64,000 nucleotides of DNA from the IMG/VR virus record IMGVR_UViG_3300029305_004466; one strand, given 5' to 3'. This DNA is from a virus. Lineage: Duplodnaviria > Caudoviricetes. The position numbers and the translations under genes were made by a program. The notes beneath the pieces were generated by a model that was not told where the DNA came from, ran no database searches, and saw only the letters and a list, made by a program, of their open reading frames with translations. Below are positions 47,030 through 56,067 of the stretch, piece after piece. Each line of letters opens with the position of its first letter. Within the stretch, counting starts at the first letter, position 1.

Positions 47030-47863
47030 ATGGAAATAATTACAAATGTTAGTATTGATAACGAAGTATTTGTGGCATGTACAGAAAATAATACAATGTA
47101 CACAACAACTAAAGATATTGCTGAAAAATTTGGTAAACAGCATAAAAATGTACTTCAAGCCGTCAGAGATTTGGTAGCTGGAAATTCAGCCGCCAAAAAT
47201 ATGTTTCATGAAGCCACTTATGAAAACAGAGGTAAGCAATACCCTATGTATCTTGTAAATAGAAATGGTTTTACATTATTAGTTATGGGATTTACAGGTC
47301 AAGATGCTCTTGAGTGGAAAATGAAATATATGAATGCTTTTAACCGTATGGAAGAAATGATTCGTACAAAGTTTACTACATTAGAACGCCAGCAGCAACA
47401 AAATCAAATGCCTCAGCGTGGAAGCAAGGAATTCTTGGCGTTGGCATTAATGGATGCTCAGCAAATTATCGAAGAACAGGAAAGACAGTTAATTGATGCA
47501 CAGCCAGCAATTGTATTCCATCAAGCTGTTGCGGTTACAGAAGATACAATTCTTGTTAGAGATTTTGCTAAATTGGTTACTCAGGCTTTACGCCAAAACG
47601 GTTTCAATGTTACGATTGGTGAAAAGAGATTATTTGAATGGTTTAAAGATAAGGGTTACTTAATTAAGCAAAAGTCTAATTCTTATAATATGCCTACCCA
47701 AAGAAGTGTAGACATGAACCTTTTCAAGATTAAGGAAACAACAATTCAGGGAGACCATGGACCACGTATTAATAAGACTTCCAAGATTACTGGTAAAGGT
47801 CAGGAATATTTCATGGATAAGATATTGGAAATCTATAAAAGTGGTGGCACAATAACTGTATAG
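47030..47863 (+). CDS. Rha-family regulator / antirepressor (Rha + ANT/KilA-C)
   Basis: IAEKFGKQHKNVL, GFTLLVMGFTG; IGEKRLFEW, PTQ, TGKGQ.YF. Confidence 0.9.
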   Translation: MEIITNVSIDNEVFVACTENNTMYTTTKDIAEKFGKQHKNVLQAVRDLVAGNSAAKNMFHEATYENRGKQYPMYLVNRNGFTLLVMGFTGQDALEWKMKYMNAFNRMEEMIRTKFTTLERQQQQNQMPQRGSKEFLALALMDAQQIIEEQERQLIDAQPAIVFHQAVAVTEDTILVRDFAKLVTQALRQNGFNVTIGEKRLFEWFKDKGYLIKQKSNSYNMPTQRSVDMNLFKIKETTIQGDHGPRINKTSKITGKGQEYFMDKILEIYKSGGTITV

Positions 47864-47872
47864 GAGGATGAC

Positions 47873-48559
47873 ATGAGTAAAAGAATTAGAACTTTATATG
47901 ATAGAGAACAGGAAGAAATGCAGCGTGAAGCTTATCAGGCAAAGAAAAAACCTATGTACACCGAAATTAGAAGAGGTGATATTTTCTATTTCGATAAGGG
48001 TCCCGTAACTGGAGTAGAACAACAGGGTGGAAGACCGGGTGTTATCGTATCAAATGACGCTTGTAATAGTAGCAGTGATTTTGTATTAGTATGTTATTTA
48101 ACTACTAAGCCAAAGACATGTTTACCAACTCATGTAGACATAATGTGTGAAGAAAAGTCTATCTGTTTATGTGAGCAGGTACATACTCTTTCTAAAGAAA
48201 AAATGCAAAGATATATTTGTACTGCATCTACTGAAGAAATGAAAGAGATTGATAAAGCTTTAGTTACAGCATTGGATATTGATTTCACAAATATTTTACC
48301 AGAAGATTATATGAATATTGTTTTAAATGCAAAAGATGAGTTAAAAGAAAAAGATGAGCTGATTACAAATCAGGATGAATATATTAAAGAATTACAGCAA
48401 CAGCTTGCAGATTGCAAGAAATTAGCACAGTATGAAGAAGAAGCAAAAGCTGATAATTCTGAATATATAAAAGTATGTGCCGAAAGAGATGTGTATATGA
48501 AGCTGTATAATGACCTGTTACAAAAAGTTATTAAACAGATAAAAACAGCTATTATATAA
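47873..48559 (+). CDS. PemK/MazF-family endoribonuclease with C-terminal coiled coil
   Basis: RRGDIFY, EQQGGRPGVIVSND, LTT, LPTHV, EQVHTLSK, EIDKAL. Confidence 0.88.
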   Translation: MSKRIRTLYDREQEEMQREAYQAKKKPMYTEIRRGDIFYFDKGPVTGVEQQGGRPGVIVSNDACNSSSDFVLVCYLTTKPKTCLPTHVDIMCEEKSICLCEQVHTLSKEKMQRYICTASTEEMKEIDKALVTALDIDFTNILPEDYMNIVLNAKDELKEKDELITNQDEYIKELQQQLADCKKLAQYEEEAKADNSEYIKVCAERDVYMKLYNDLLQKVIKQIKTAII

Positions 48560-48581
48560 ATAAATCATAAGGAGAAAAGAC

Positions 48582-49658
48582 ATGAAGATTATTAAAGCTG
48601 GGTATGAAATAATGCCTAATTTTGAGAATCCGCTGAAGAAAATCGAACTTGTAGCAAGAACATGTTATAAGTCCGAAGATTTAATTACTGAAGATTCATG
48701 TGTTAAGATGGTTGAGAATCTTGTTAAAAAAGGACATCTTGCCATGCTTGAACACGCTACACTTGCGTACATTGTAGACCATGCAACATTTGAGCTGGTT
48801 GCCAACATTGTAAACAATCTTGAGATAAATGTTTTTGAAGGTGTAGAACGTTATCCAGTTAAATCTTTTGTAAGATTTACAGCTCATCATGTTGAAGTTG
48901 AAGGTGAAGATGACCCACTTGTAGACAGATTTATTATTTCTGGTAACTTAAGAGCGTATGCAGAAATGTTCCAGTTATTGCTTGATGCAGTTTCTTTCTT
49001 GCCAGAACAGTTAGTTACTGCTGTTGCAGAAGATTCTAACGGAGCAGTTGATTATCGCCCTTGCTTAGCAGACGGTGAAATGGGCAGAGCAGGTATTAAA
49101 CTTATTACGGATTTTAGTAAGCTGTCTCTTAGTGAAAGAGTAGTACATGAAACATTAACTGTTAAGTTTACAGTGGACCGTGGAGTTACACACGAATTTG
49201 TTCGTCATAGACCTGCAAGTTTTGCACAGGAATCTACACGTTACTGCAACTATTCCAAAGGTAAGTTTGGTGAAGAAATTACTGTTATTGAACCTTGTTA
49301 TTTAAAGAGACCTGAAGGTGATGAAACACTTAGCACTGAACAATGGGCTGAAAGATACGGTGCATGGGAACATGCTTGTAAAACAGCAGAAGAGTGCTAT
49401 TTCAGAATGTTAAAAGATGGTGCAACACCTCAGGAGGCAAGAGCAGTTCTTCCTACATCTACTAAGGCAGACCTTATTATTACAGCTACTGTTGAAGAAT
49501 GGCTCCATATCTTAGATTTAAGAGCTCTTGGTGTTACAGGCAAGCCTCATCCTCAGATGTTAGAAGTTATGGTGCCTCTGGCAAAAGAATTAGCTTCTAA
49601 TCAGCTTAAAGACTACGACAAGTTTACAACAATTAAGCAGATACTGGAAATGGAATAA
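48582..49658 (+). CDS. thyX: FAD-dependent thymidylate synthase
   Basis: ARTCYKS, H.AMLEH, THEFVRHR.ASFAQESTRY, EARAVLP, HPQM. Confidence 0.95.
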   Translation: MKIIKAGYEIMPNFENPLKKIELVARTCYKSEDLITEDSCVKMVENLVKKGHLAMLEHATLAYIVDHATFELVANIVNNLEINVFEGVERYPVKSFVRFTAHHVEVEGEDDPLVDRFIISGNLRAYAEMFQLLLDAVSFLPEQLVTAVAEDSNGAVDYRPCLADGEMGRAGIKLITDFSKLSLSERVVHETLTVKFTVDRGVTHEFVRHRPASFAQESTRYCNYSKGKFGEEITVIEPCYLKRPEGDETLSTEQWAERYGAWEHACKTAEECYFRMLKDGATPQEARAVLPTSTKADLIITATVEEWLHILDLRALGVTGKPHPQMLEVMVPLAKELASNQLKDYDKFTTIKQILEME

Positions 49659-49900
49659 TGCCAATAGAAGACGCTTTTGTTGTGTGTAAAGAAATTAATC
49701 CTGAGACGGGCGAAAGTATGGTATATGATATAGGGTGGGTTGTAAAAGATGATATAAATCTTACACGTTTACAATTAAGACAAAGATACAATCACACCCT
49801 TAAATACTATGCTATGTCACCAGAAGGGTATAATTCAAAGGATTATGTCGTAGGTCTTATTAAAAAAGGATTGAGCAGTAGCATGTATACTTATGTATAA
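49658..49900 (+). CDS. Hypothetical protein
   Basis: TAATG coupling. Confidence 0.7.
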   Translation: MPIEDAFVVCKEINPETGESMVYDIGWVVKDDINLTRLQLRQRYNHTLKYYAMSPEGYNSKDYVVGLIKKGLSSSMYTYV

Positions 49901-49911
49901 AGGAGTTTAAA

Positions 49912-50532
49912 ATGAACCCGTTAGAATTTTATGGCGTATTACACACTGCACTTACAGACAAGATACAAATGAGTAATAAAGAAACATTTACAAAAGAAGA
50001 AGTTTTAAAAATGTTAGATAAAATAGGGGAAAATTATAAAAAAGCCATTTGTAATGGAAGTTATATTTTCAATATTGAGGAACTAAATGGGAACTCTGTT
50101 ACCATAGAAGATGACGAATATGTTGTAAAAAAACTTTTGACCGAAGAAAATAAAAGCTTGTTATTTATTCAGGTAGCAGAAAAAGAAGACCCTATTACTG
50201 ATTCAGATATTCAGATATTAGCTGAAGCAATACAAAAAGGCGTTGCAAAAAGTTCTAACATATCTGGAGTAATAATTGTACCACCTAATATGGATGTGTC
50301 TTTGATTACAGCTTCGTTGGATAAGTATCAAGATATTAAAGGTTTAGAATTCACTGAAACTGAAATTGATATGATAAGCAAACTACAAGATGAAATGTCA
50401 TACATAAACAGTTATGATGATATACTTACAACAATGCCTAAATATTTTAGAAGTAAGAAAACAGGAATGTCACAAATCTATAATAGTTTCTTTGGTTCTT
50501 CTGGCAGCACTACAAATGGCGATAAGTATTAA
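49912..50532 (+). CDS. Hypothetical protein
   Basis: AAGGAG RBS. Confidence 0.75.
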   Translation: MNPLEFYGVLHTALTDKIQMSNKETFTKEEVLKMLDKIGENYKKAICNGSYIFNIEELNGNSVTIEDDEYVVKKLLTEENKSLLFIQVAEKEDPITDSDIQILAEAIQKGVAKSSNISGVIIVPPNMDVSLITASLDKYQDIKGLEFTETEIDMISKLQDEMSYINSYDDILTTMPKYFRSKKTGMSQIYNSFFGSSGSTTNGDKY

Positions 50533-50544
50533 TGTAACATTTTG

Positions 50545-50573
50545 TTGCATTTTTATTAATTGTGTGCTATAAT
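50545..50573 (+). promoter_or_regulatory. Strong SigA-type extended -10 promoter
   Basis: TTGCAT-17-TATAAT with TGn. Confidence 0.7.
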
Positions 50574-50603
50574 AATACCATAATATTCAAGGAGGTATTT
50601 ATT

Positions 50604-50762
50604 ATGCCAGTAAATGAAAATGTTAACGGAACCGACATCAAGAAATGTCCTGATTGTGGATGTGATATGGTTAAGACAAGTGATAATGACCCATTAGTAA
50701 TGGAGTATACAAAATACAAATGCAGTGGATGTGGAAACGAACACAAAGTATATGAAGAATAA
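50604..50762 (+). CDS. Small Zn-ribbon protein
   Basis: CPDC..CSGC; AAGGAGG RBS before ATG 50604. Confidence 0.75.
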   Translation: MPVNENVNGTDIKKCPDCGCDMVKTSDNDPLVMEYTKYKCSGCGNEHKVYEE

Positions 50763-50765
50763 CAG

Positions 50766-50790
50766 GCAGGGCGAAAGCCCTGCTTTATTA
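50766..50790 (+). terminator. Rho-independent terminator
   Basis: GCAGGGC-GAAA-GCCCTGC then TTTATT. Confidence 0.75.
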
Positions 50791-50806
50791 CAAGGAGGAT
50801 TTATTT

Positions 50807-51211
50807 ATGGAATTTTATGTTGATTACATTGTAAAAGAGGAACAGGGTGTTGTTATTTGTGTCATTTCTGGTTGTGAATTTGACGCTGTAGAGCTTGTTA
50901 ATAAGCGTACTAACTTATTTGAATGTCCATGTGTTCCAGAAAAGTTTGCTATCAGCGATAAGTACAAAGGCGTTGCTAGATGTACTTCTGATGATACATT
51001 TAACCTTGAATACGGTAAGAAGCTGGCATTCAAGAAAGCTTATCTTAAGTACACAAAGGCTCTCGAAAAGAAGGTAAGATTCCTTGCTGATGATTACAAG
51101 AAGTATTCCGATAAGATGCTTGCAGGCTTTGAAAAGGCTCGTCATGAAGCGTTAAGAAAAGCAGATTCTGCTTTTGCTGGCTATCAGAAGATTTTAGAGG
51201 AAGCGAAATAA
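50807..51211 (+). CDS. Hypothetical phage protein (GVARC..DDTFN..GKKLA motif)
   Basis: AAGGAGG RBS. Confidence 0.78.
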   Translation: MEFYVDYIVKEEQGVVICVISGCEFDAVELVNKRTNLFECPCVPEKFAISDKYKGVARCTSDDTFNLEYGKKLAFKKAYLKYTKALEKKVRFLADDYKKYSDKMLAGFEKARHEALRKADSAFAGYQKILEEAK

Positions 51212-51381
51212 TGAAACAGCCTAAAAAATTAAAACGGGAACATAAGATAGAAATATCTAAGTTAAGACCAGAATTAGATTTAGCTAAGTATAATTTAGTA
51301 TCTGTTGATGATAATGAATACATACTTATTGAATCTGATGAAAGAAACAAAGAAAGAAGTTTTGTTGTTATCCCTAGATAA
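51211..51381 (+). CDS. Small hypothetical protein (56 aa, MKQPKKL...), not in ORF track
   Basis: TAATG coupling, GAGG RBS. Confidence 0.6.
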   Translation: MKQPKKLKREHKIEISKLRPELDLAKYNLVSVDDNEYILIESDERNKERSFVVIPR

Positions 51382-51387
51382 CAACTG

Positions 51388-51413
51388 GGGGACGGTGCAT
51401 TCGCACCGTCCCC
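51388..51413. terminator. Bidirectional terminator at the convergence of the two transcription arms
   Basis: GGGGACGGTGC-ATTC-GCACCGTCCCC, 11-bp GC-rich stem between convergent genes. Confidence 0.85.
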
Positions 51414-51422
51414 TGATATTTT

Positions 51423-51806
51423 TTATTCTGGTTTGATTTCTTCTAATTCTGGAGTTTCAAAAGGTTTTAATGGTTCAGCCGCTTCTTCAGCCTGTTTTTT
51501 AGCTAAGATAGTCTTCATTTCCATTAAAGCATCTTCGATAATTTTCTTAAGAGTTTCTTCTCTTATAATCATACTTAAGATAGGATGCTGAGCTTTTATC
51601 GTACTGATAACTTCAGCAAACTTAATCTGTCCTGTTTTGCTACCCCATTCTTCTTCAGCTACAGTCACTAAATAGAGTGCTGCTTCGTAAATACCTTTTT
51701 TACCTTTTGCCACCACATATACTACCACACAAGCAATAATAACTGCCAAGAGGATAACATAAGGGTTTTCAGCTAAACTTTTTACCATGTCGTTAATAAT
51801 AGTCAT
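51423..51806 (-). CDS. Holin-like membrane protein
   Basis: Single N-terminal TM; AEEEWGSKTGQIKF motif typical of LL-H-like holins. Confidence 0.7.
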   Translation of the reverse strand: MTIINDMVKSLAENPYVILLAVIIACVVVYVVAKGKKGIYEAALYLVTVAEEEWGSKTGQIKFAEVISTIKAQHPILSMIIREETLKKIIEDALMEMKTILAKKQAEEAAEPLKPFETPELEEIKPE

Positions 51807-52942
51807 TTCAACTTACCTCCATTTTCTGCTATATATGTTTTAATTTTTTCTATAGCCATCTTTCTATGTTTTACAATAGTAATTCTGTGACAACCATATA
51901 TACTTGCTATTTCAGCATCAGTTTTATGTTGCACAAAAGACATTACTATCAATTCTCTTTCGTATGATGTTAAGCTTTTAAACTCTTCTCCACATGTATT
52001 CCCATTGGTCCAATTAAAGTTTAATGACTCCATTTCATATGGGTCAACGTCTTCTTCTCTAAGAACTAATGAATTACATATTTCTAATTGTTTTTGTCTG
52101 TCTGTTTTTGTTAACATTTTCTCTAAAATCTTATCTGTATCCATGTCTTTTAATATAACTCTCATTCCAACTTTATCTATTGTTGAGAAATTAGCTTCAG
52201 AATTCTTACAAATGCTTGAATGTGTTATTGATTCTGGCTCAAATTCGCTTTCAATACTAAACATTTTAAGATGAGCTAATGGGTCGCCAACAATTTTAGT
52301 TAAAGAGTTATATGCATCGAAATGGAAACACTTATTTACGTACATATGAAATGTACCATTCTCTTTATGGTACACATCTCCTTCTTTAGTTATTTTATAT
52401 TTATTTGCCATATTTAATAATGTGCAGGTTAATTCATTGTATATATCCCAATATTCATATTTAGAAAATAACTTTTGAATTTTAACACATGCATCACTAA
52501 ATAATATTCCCTTTTCATTACTATTCTTTGCTTTTTCTCTATCGCTCTTTGAGATAAATAAACCAATGAATTTAGTTAATGATTTATCGTAAGGTCTTAC
52601 GAATTTACTATTGTATTCTTCAAGTTCTTTCTCTTTGTTATAGTATTCTCCATGATATCCATAACAGATGAAGTCTGTATATTTTTTAATGAATCTATGA
52701 AAAACACTAACTATGTATTGGGCGGCTTCTAAATTACCTGATTTATATAATAACAGGTTATTATTAAGCTCCGCATAATCTTCCTCCGTAAACTTTTTGT
52801 ATTCCGTAGGAAATGCTCTATCAAAATCCGCCTTAGTTTGTTTAGAATAAGAATAGACAGAATCATTAAAAGAAGAATACGAATCTATACTTTCTTCAAA
52901 ATCATCGTCAAATTCCATATCGTCTTCTAAGTACTCTGTCAT
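51803..52942 (-). CDS. Phage sigma-70-family RNA polymerase sigma factor
   Basis: YKSGNLEAAQYIV..FIKKY (region 1.2/2); LTSYERELIVMSF..KTDAEIA (region 4 HTH). Confidence 0.8.
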   Translation of the reverse strand: MTEYLEDDMEFDDDFEESIDSYSSFNDSVYSYSKQTKADFDRAFPTEYKKFTEEDYAELNNNLLLYKSGNLEAAQYIVSVFHRFIKKYTDFICYGYHGEYYNKEKELEEYNSKFVRPYDKSLTKFIGLFISKSDREKAKNSNEKGILFSDACVKIQKLFSKYEYWDIYNELTCTLLNMANKYKITKEGDVYHKENGTFHMYVNKCFHFDAYNSLTKIVGDPLAHLKMFSIESEFEPESITHSSICKNSEANFSTIDKVGMRVILKDMDTDKILEKMLTKTDRQKQLEICNSLVLREEDVDPYEMESLNFNWTNGNTCGEEFKSLTSYERELIVMSFVQHKTDAEIASIYGCHRITIVKHRKMAIEKIKTYIAENGGKLK

Positions 52943-52949
52943 ATCTTTC

Positions 52950-53477
52950 TCAACTCCTAGTTTTATTCAGGTGAGCAATTCCAATACAAACCGAATCATA
53001 CATATCACTAGTTTTCTTTTTATTTTGTTTGTCACTGTAAGGTCCTATTCTATCTGGTAAATCAGGATACAGTTCAATTATTTTATTTGCAACTTCTTCT
53101 TTAGAAGCATTGCCGCTAAGACCTAAATTTTTTCTTGTTTCTTTAGGCTCTTGGGTAAATACTTCTGCACAATCAGCAAACATAAAGTGGCATATAATAG
53201 CACCTCTAAGTTTTGATAATTGTAAACCCGTTTTTAAATTCTTTGAATGGGAAAACCCGTCTTCTAATGCTATCTCTTTAATCGGAACAGGGTTAGAACA
53301 ATTGTGTTGTACAAACACATTGTCTAACTCTGTAACAATGCTTTTTATTCTTTCATTTTCAGGAATATCTGGTTTAGTTATGTATCGGCAGCACTCTATT
53401 ATTTCTCTGGTGTTAGCATCAATAATAGAGTAACCTGTCGAGCTTAAAGACGGGTCAATAGATAATATATAGCTCAT
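52950..53477 (-). CDS. ruvC: RuvC-like Holliday junction resolvase
   Basis: ILSIDPSLSSTGY, ALE, GNASKEEV, DMYDS. Confidence 0.88.
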   Translation of the reverse strand: MSYILSIDPSLSSTGYSIIDANTREIIECCRYITKPDIPENERIKSIVTELDNVFVQHNCSNPVPIKEIALEDGFSHSKNLKTGLQLSKLRGAIICHFMFADCAEVFTQEPKETRKNLGLSGNASKEEVANKIIELYPDLPDRIGPYSDKQNKKKTSDMYDSVCIGIAHLNKTRS

Positions 53478-53494
53478 TGGAATCACCTACTGAC

Positions 53495-53523
53495 ATTATA
53501 ATATTTTTTGAATTATTTGTCCA
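53495..53523 (-). promoter_or_regulatory. SigA-type promoter for ruvC-sigma-holin
   Basis: TGGACA-17-TATAAT on the minus strand. Confidence 0.6.
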
Positions 53524-53677
53524 ATTCTTTTGGAATAGTTTCGTCTACAAAAGTAAACTGAGGACTTTTCCCGTCAAGTGCTTTGTCTTTGATTTCTTTT
53601 TGTAATTGTTCGTTTGCAATAGTTTTGTTATCATCTGTAATAGTCATTTCACCAAACTGAGTTTGCATTTTCATCAT
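53513..53677 (-). CDS. Small hypothetical protein (54 aa), not in ORF track
   Basis: MMKMQTQFGEM...; ATGA overlap with the upstream gene. Confidence 0.55.
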   Translation of the reverse strand: MMKMQTQFGEMTITDDNKTIANEQLQKEIKDKALDGKSPQFTFVDETIPKELDK

Positions 53678-54486
53678 AATGATTCGCCTTCTTTCTTAAT
53701 ATAGTTTTCACATTGATTCCTATAGGTACAATGGAAACATCTTGTATCAGGACATATTGTATAGATGTCATTTCTAATACACTTAACTGTATTGATTACA
53801 GTTTGTTTCAGCATATTAAAATCTTTTGCATCTCTAAATGATGGTACATTCTTTTTCTTGTATATGTTAGCATATACAACTTGATAATCTTTAGAGGTAA
53901 ATGTTTTTTCAAATGCAAATGCGGCAGCTGTGAGTTCTAAATCATATCGCATCTGCATTAGGGTTTGGAATTTATCTTTTCTATGCTGGAACTTTATTAT
54001 CTGAAATATGGGATTATTATTATCATCGTGGAATTCTCTTATATATTCCCATTTACCAGTTAAAACAATATTGTTTGTAATGTTAACAGCATAGCCTTTA
54101 TTTATTAGTATAGGATATTGACTACCTTGTTTCATTAAATCATGGAAAGAGATTAAGGTTTCTATTCCATTCTTTCTAAGCAAATCATGTCTATCTCTCA
54201 TAGAAGCAGATGGGGTAGTCATTAACTTTATCATTGTTTTGTCTTTAATCCAGTATTTTCCCCACATTCTAGTAAGGAAACCTATTTCAACATTACTGTT
54301 GTTTTTTAATGCTGTAATATAAGAATAAAAGCAACTTCTAAGCAGTCTATCATATGCTTCTGTTAGATTTTCTGAACCGGAATTATTGTATTTGAGTTTG
54401 TAATATATAGGACAATAGTTATAGTCTAATATTTCCTGTATATCTATTTTAAAAACGTGGGAGTTGTCTACCTGCTCGTAAACCAT
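53674..54486 (-). CDS. Cas4/RecB-like PD-(D/E)XK-fold protein with 4-Cys cluster; catalytic motif altered
   Basis: YCP..Y near the N-terminus, C..CFHC.YRNQC near the C-terminus; LTGKWEYI..QIIKF. Confidence 0.7.
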   Translation of the reverse strand: MVYEQVDNSHVFKIDIQEILDYNYCPIYYKLKYNNSGSENLTEAYDRLLRSCFYSYITALKNNSNVEIGFLTRMWGKYWIKDKTMIKLMTTPSASMRDRHDLLRKNGIETLISFHDLMKQGSQYPILINKGYAVNITNNIVLTGKWEYIREFHDDNNNPIFQIIKFQHRKDKFQTLMQMRYDLELTAAAFAFEKTFTSKDYQVVYANIYKKKNVPSFRDAKDFNMLKQTVINTVKCIRNDIYTICPDTRCFHCTYRNQCENYIKKEGESL

Positions 54487-54784
54487 GTTGCCTTTCTGCT
54501 AATAATCCCGGGGTCTCTCTGTCGCATCTGTCAAACTGAGCTTGCTGACAACCCCAATGGATTTGCCATTTAAACTCTCTTTTTCTTGTTGCAGGGTCTT
54601 TACTGAAGTCCTCTGGTAACATTGTTTTACCGCAAATACGGCATACAATATATTCCCCCGGAGCAGGAGGAGTAGGTAGCATATAGTTTCTACCTTTCTC
54701 CTTTTCCGCTTGGAGAGAATAGTCTTGGACTTGTTTTACATATTCAGCTAATTCTTCATTACTTGGAATCGCCATTATTATCAC
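54449..54784 (-). CDS. Zn-binding hypothetical protein
   Basis: CRICG..HWGC. Confidence 0.7.
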   Translation of the reverse strand: MIIMAIPSNEELAEYVKQVQDYSLQAEKEKGRNYMLPTPPAPGEYIVCRICGKTMLPEDFSKDPATRKREFKWQIHWGCQQAQFDRCDRETPGLLAERQHGLRAGRQLPRF

Positions 54785-55193
54785 CTACTATTCTTTTACT
54801 AAGTTCCTTTATAGAATCCATTATAGCATCTGAAACGTAAATAATAAAGTTCTTTCTCTTAATCATTTTATCTCTGTCTGCATAAGTATGGCTACAAATT
54901 GGAATTTGGCATGTTTGACAGGATACATATAAATGACTTGCCTTATTTACACACTTGCTACAGATTGGACAAGGATTATATCTTGGGCAGGTTTTTGTTT
55001 TAGGTTCTCTTTCTTCGAATATATCTTTATTGTTTCTCATAAGCTTGTCGTTTTTATCAAGTTCTCTTCTAAGTTTTTGTTCATCGAACTTTGGCATTCC
55101 TGTAAGCGGGTCTATCTGTGTATCAGATTTTGCCATGTCATAAAGACCCTTTAAATAATTATTCATCATTGTCGGTGTCCTCCTCACAAACAT
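54759..55193 (-). CDS. Cys-rich hypothetical protein (start may be ATG 55136)
   Basis: CP..CPIC.KC..C..C..C. Confidence 0.7.
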   Translation of the reverse strand: MFVRRTPTMMNNYLKGLYDMAKSDTQIDPLTGMPKFDEQKLRRELDKNDKLMRNNKDIFEEREPKTKTCPRYNPCPICSKCVNKASHLYVSCQTCQIPICSHTYADRDKMIKRKNFIIYVSDAIMDSIKELSKRIVGDNNGDSK

Positions 55194-55680
55194 ATTTATA
55201 TACGAATTTTCTAGCTTCTATTTCTAAATCTTCTAAAGTACCACTATTATTAATGATGTAGTCATAATCATAATTATCAACATTAGCATCTGATATATTT
55301 GTTTTGATTGCTTGAGTGCTATCTCTTTTTACAAGAATTGTTTCAGCATTAAATTCTTGAACGGCTCTTTTGATTTCTTCTGGTTCTCTAATATGCAGGA
55401 ACAAACACGAAGCACCACTAATGGTAAGGAAGTTTGAAACTGTATGCTTTAAACAGTTAAATGACATGTCATTGTATTCTGTGGTAAGAGCTTTTAAATC
55501 AGATAAAAGCTTTCTATCTTTATCTGTTTTGGATACTCCATCCCAACCTATTTGCTTTGCTATTAATTTTACCTTATCGACTGAAGAATAATTTATTGTA
55601 GGTACAACCTTTGATACCATTTCTACAAATGTATCTTTTCCTACACCGCCACTGCCATTAATAATAAAGACTTTTTTCAT
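55159..55680 (-). CDS. Deoxynucleoside monophosphate kinase-like P-loop protein
   Basis: INGSGGVGKDT, HIREPEEI, YDYIINNSG. Confidence 0.8.
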   Translation of the reverse strand: MKKVFIINGSGGVGKDTFVEMVSKVVPTINYSSVDKVKLIAKQIGWDGVSKTDKDRKLLSDLKALTTEYNDMSFNCLKHTVSNFLTISGASCLFLHIREPEEIKRAVQEFNAETILVKRDSTQAIKTNISDANVDNYDYDYIINNSGTLEDLEIEARKFVYKYVCEEDTDNDE

Positions 55681-55689
55681 AATACCCTC

Positions 55690-56067
55690 CTATATAACCC
55701 AGTTTGTTTTAGTTGTGCTGAGTCCCTTGTCATTAAATTTAAGTAAAGCTTTTTTAACTTTTGCGTTAGTGTCTACTTCTAATTTTTTATTAGAACATTT
55801 ATCCAAGAAGTCTGCCATAGCCCAGCTGAAACCAACTGTTGCATTTTGTGTAGAGTTGAATATGTAAACAGAATAACATTGATTCATTATTTCTGTTTTG
55901 ATGTAATACTCGTCTACATTTTTTACTGAATCTGCAATAATTTCTTTTACAAAGGTCTGCATTGTTTGGTCTATCATGGCAAGTCCTGTAAATAATGCTT
56001 TGTATTGAGTATTCTGCTTTGCCATTTCCATTAGGTCATTTAAGCACATACCTTGTTTAATTTCCAT
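55690..56067 (-). CDS. Hypothetical protein
   Basis: AGGAAC RBS; coupled ORF. Confidence 0.7.
   Translation of the reverse strand: MEIKQGMCLNDLMEMAKQNTQYKALFTGLAMIDQTMQTFVKEIIADSVKNVDEYYIKTEIMNQCYSVYIFNSTQNATVGFSWAMADFLDKCSNKKLEVDTNAKVKKALLKFNDKGLSTTKTNWVI

Noticed and set aside
53674-54486. Cas4-like gene as evidence of a CRISPR-Cas system
   Set aside because: No cas1/cas2 or array; solo Cas4-like genes are common in phages
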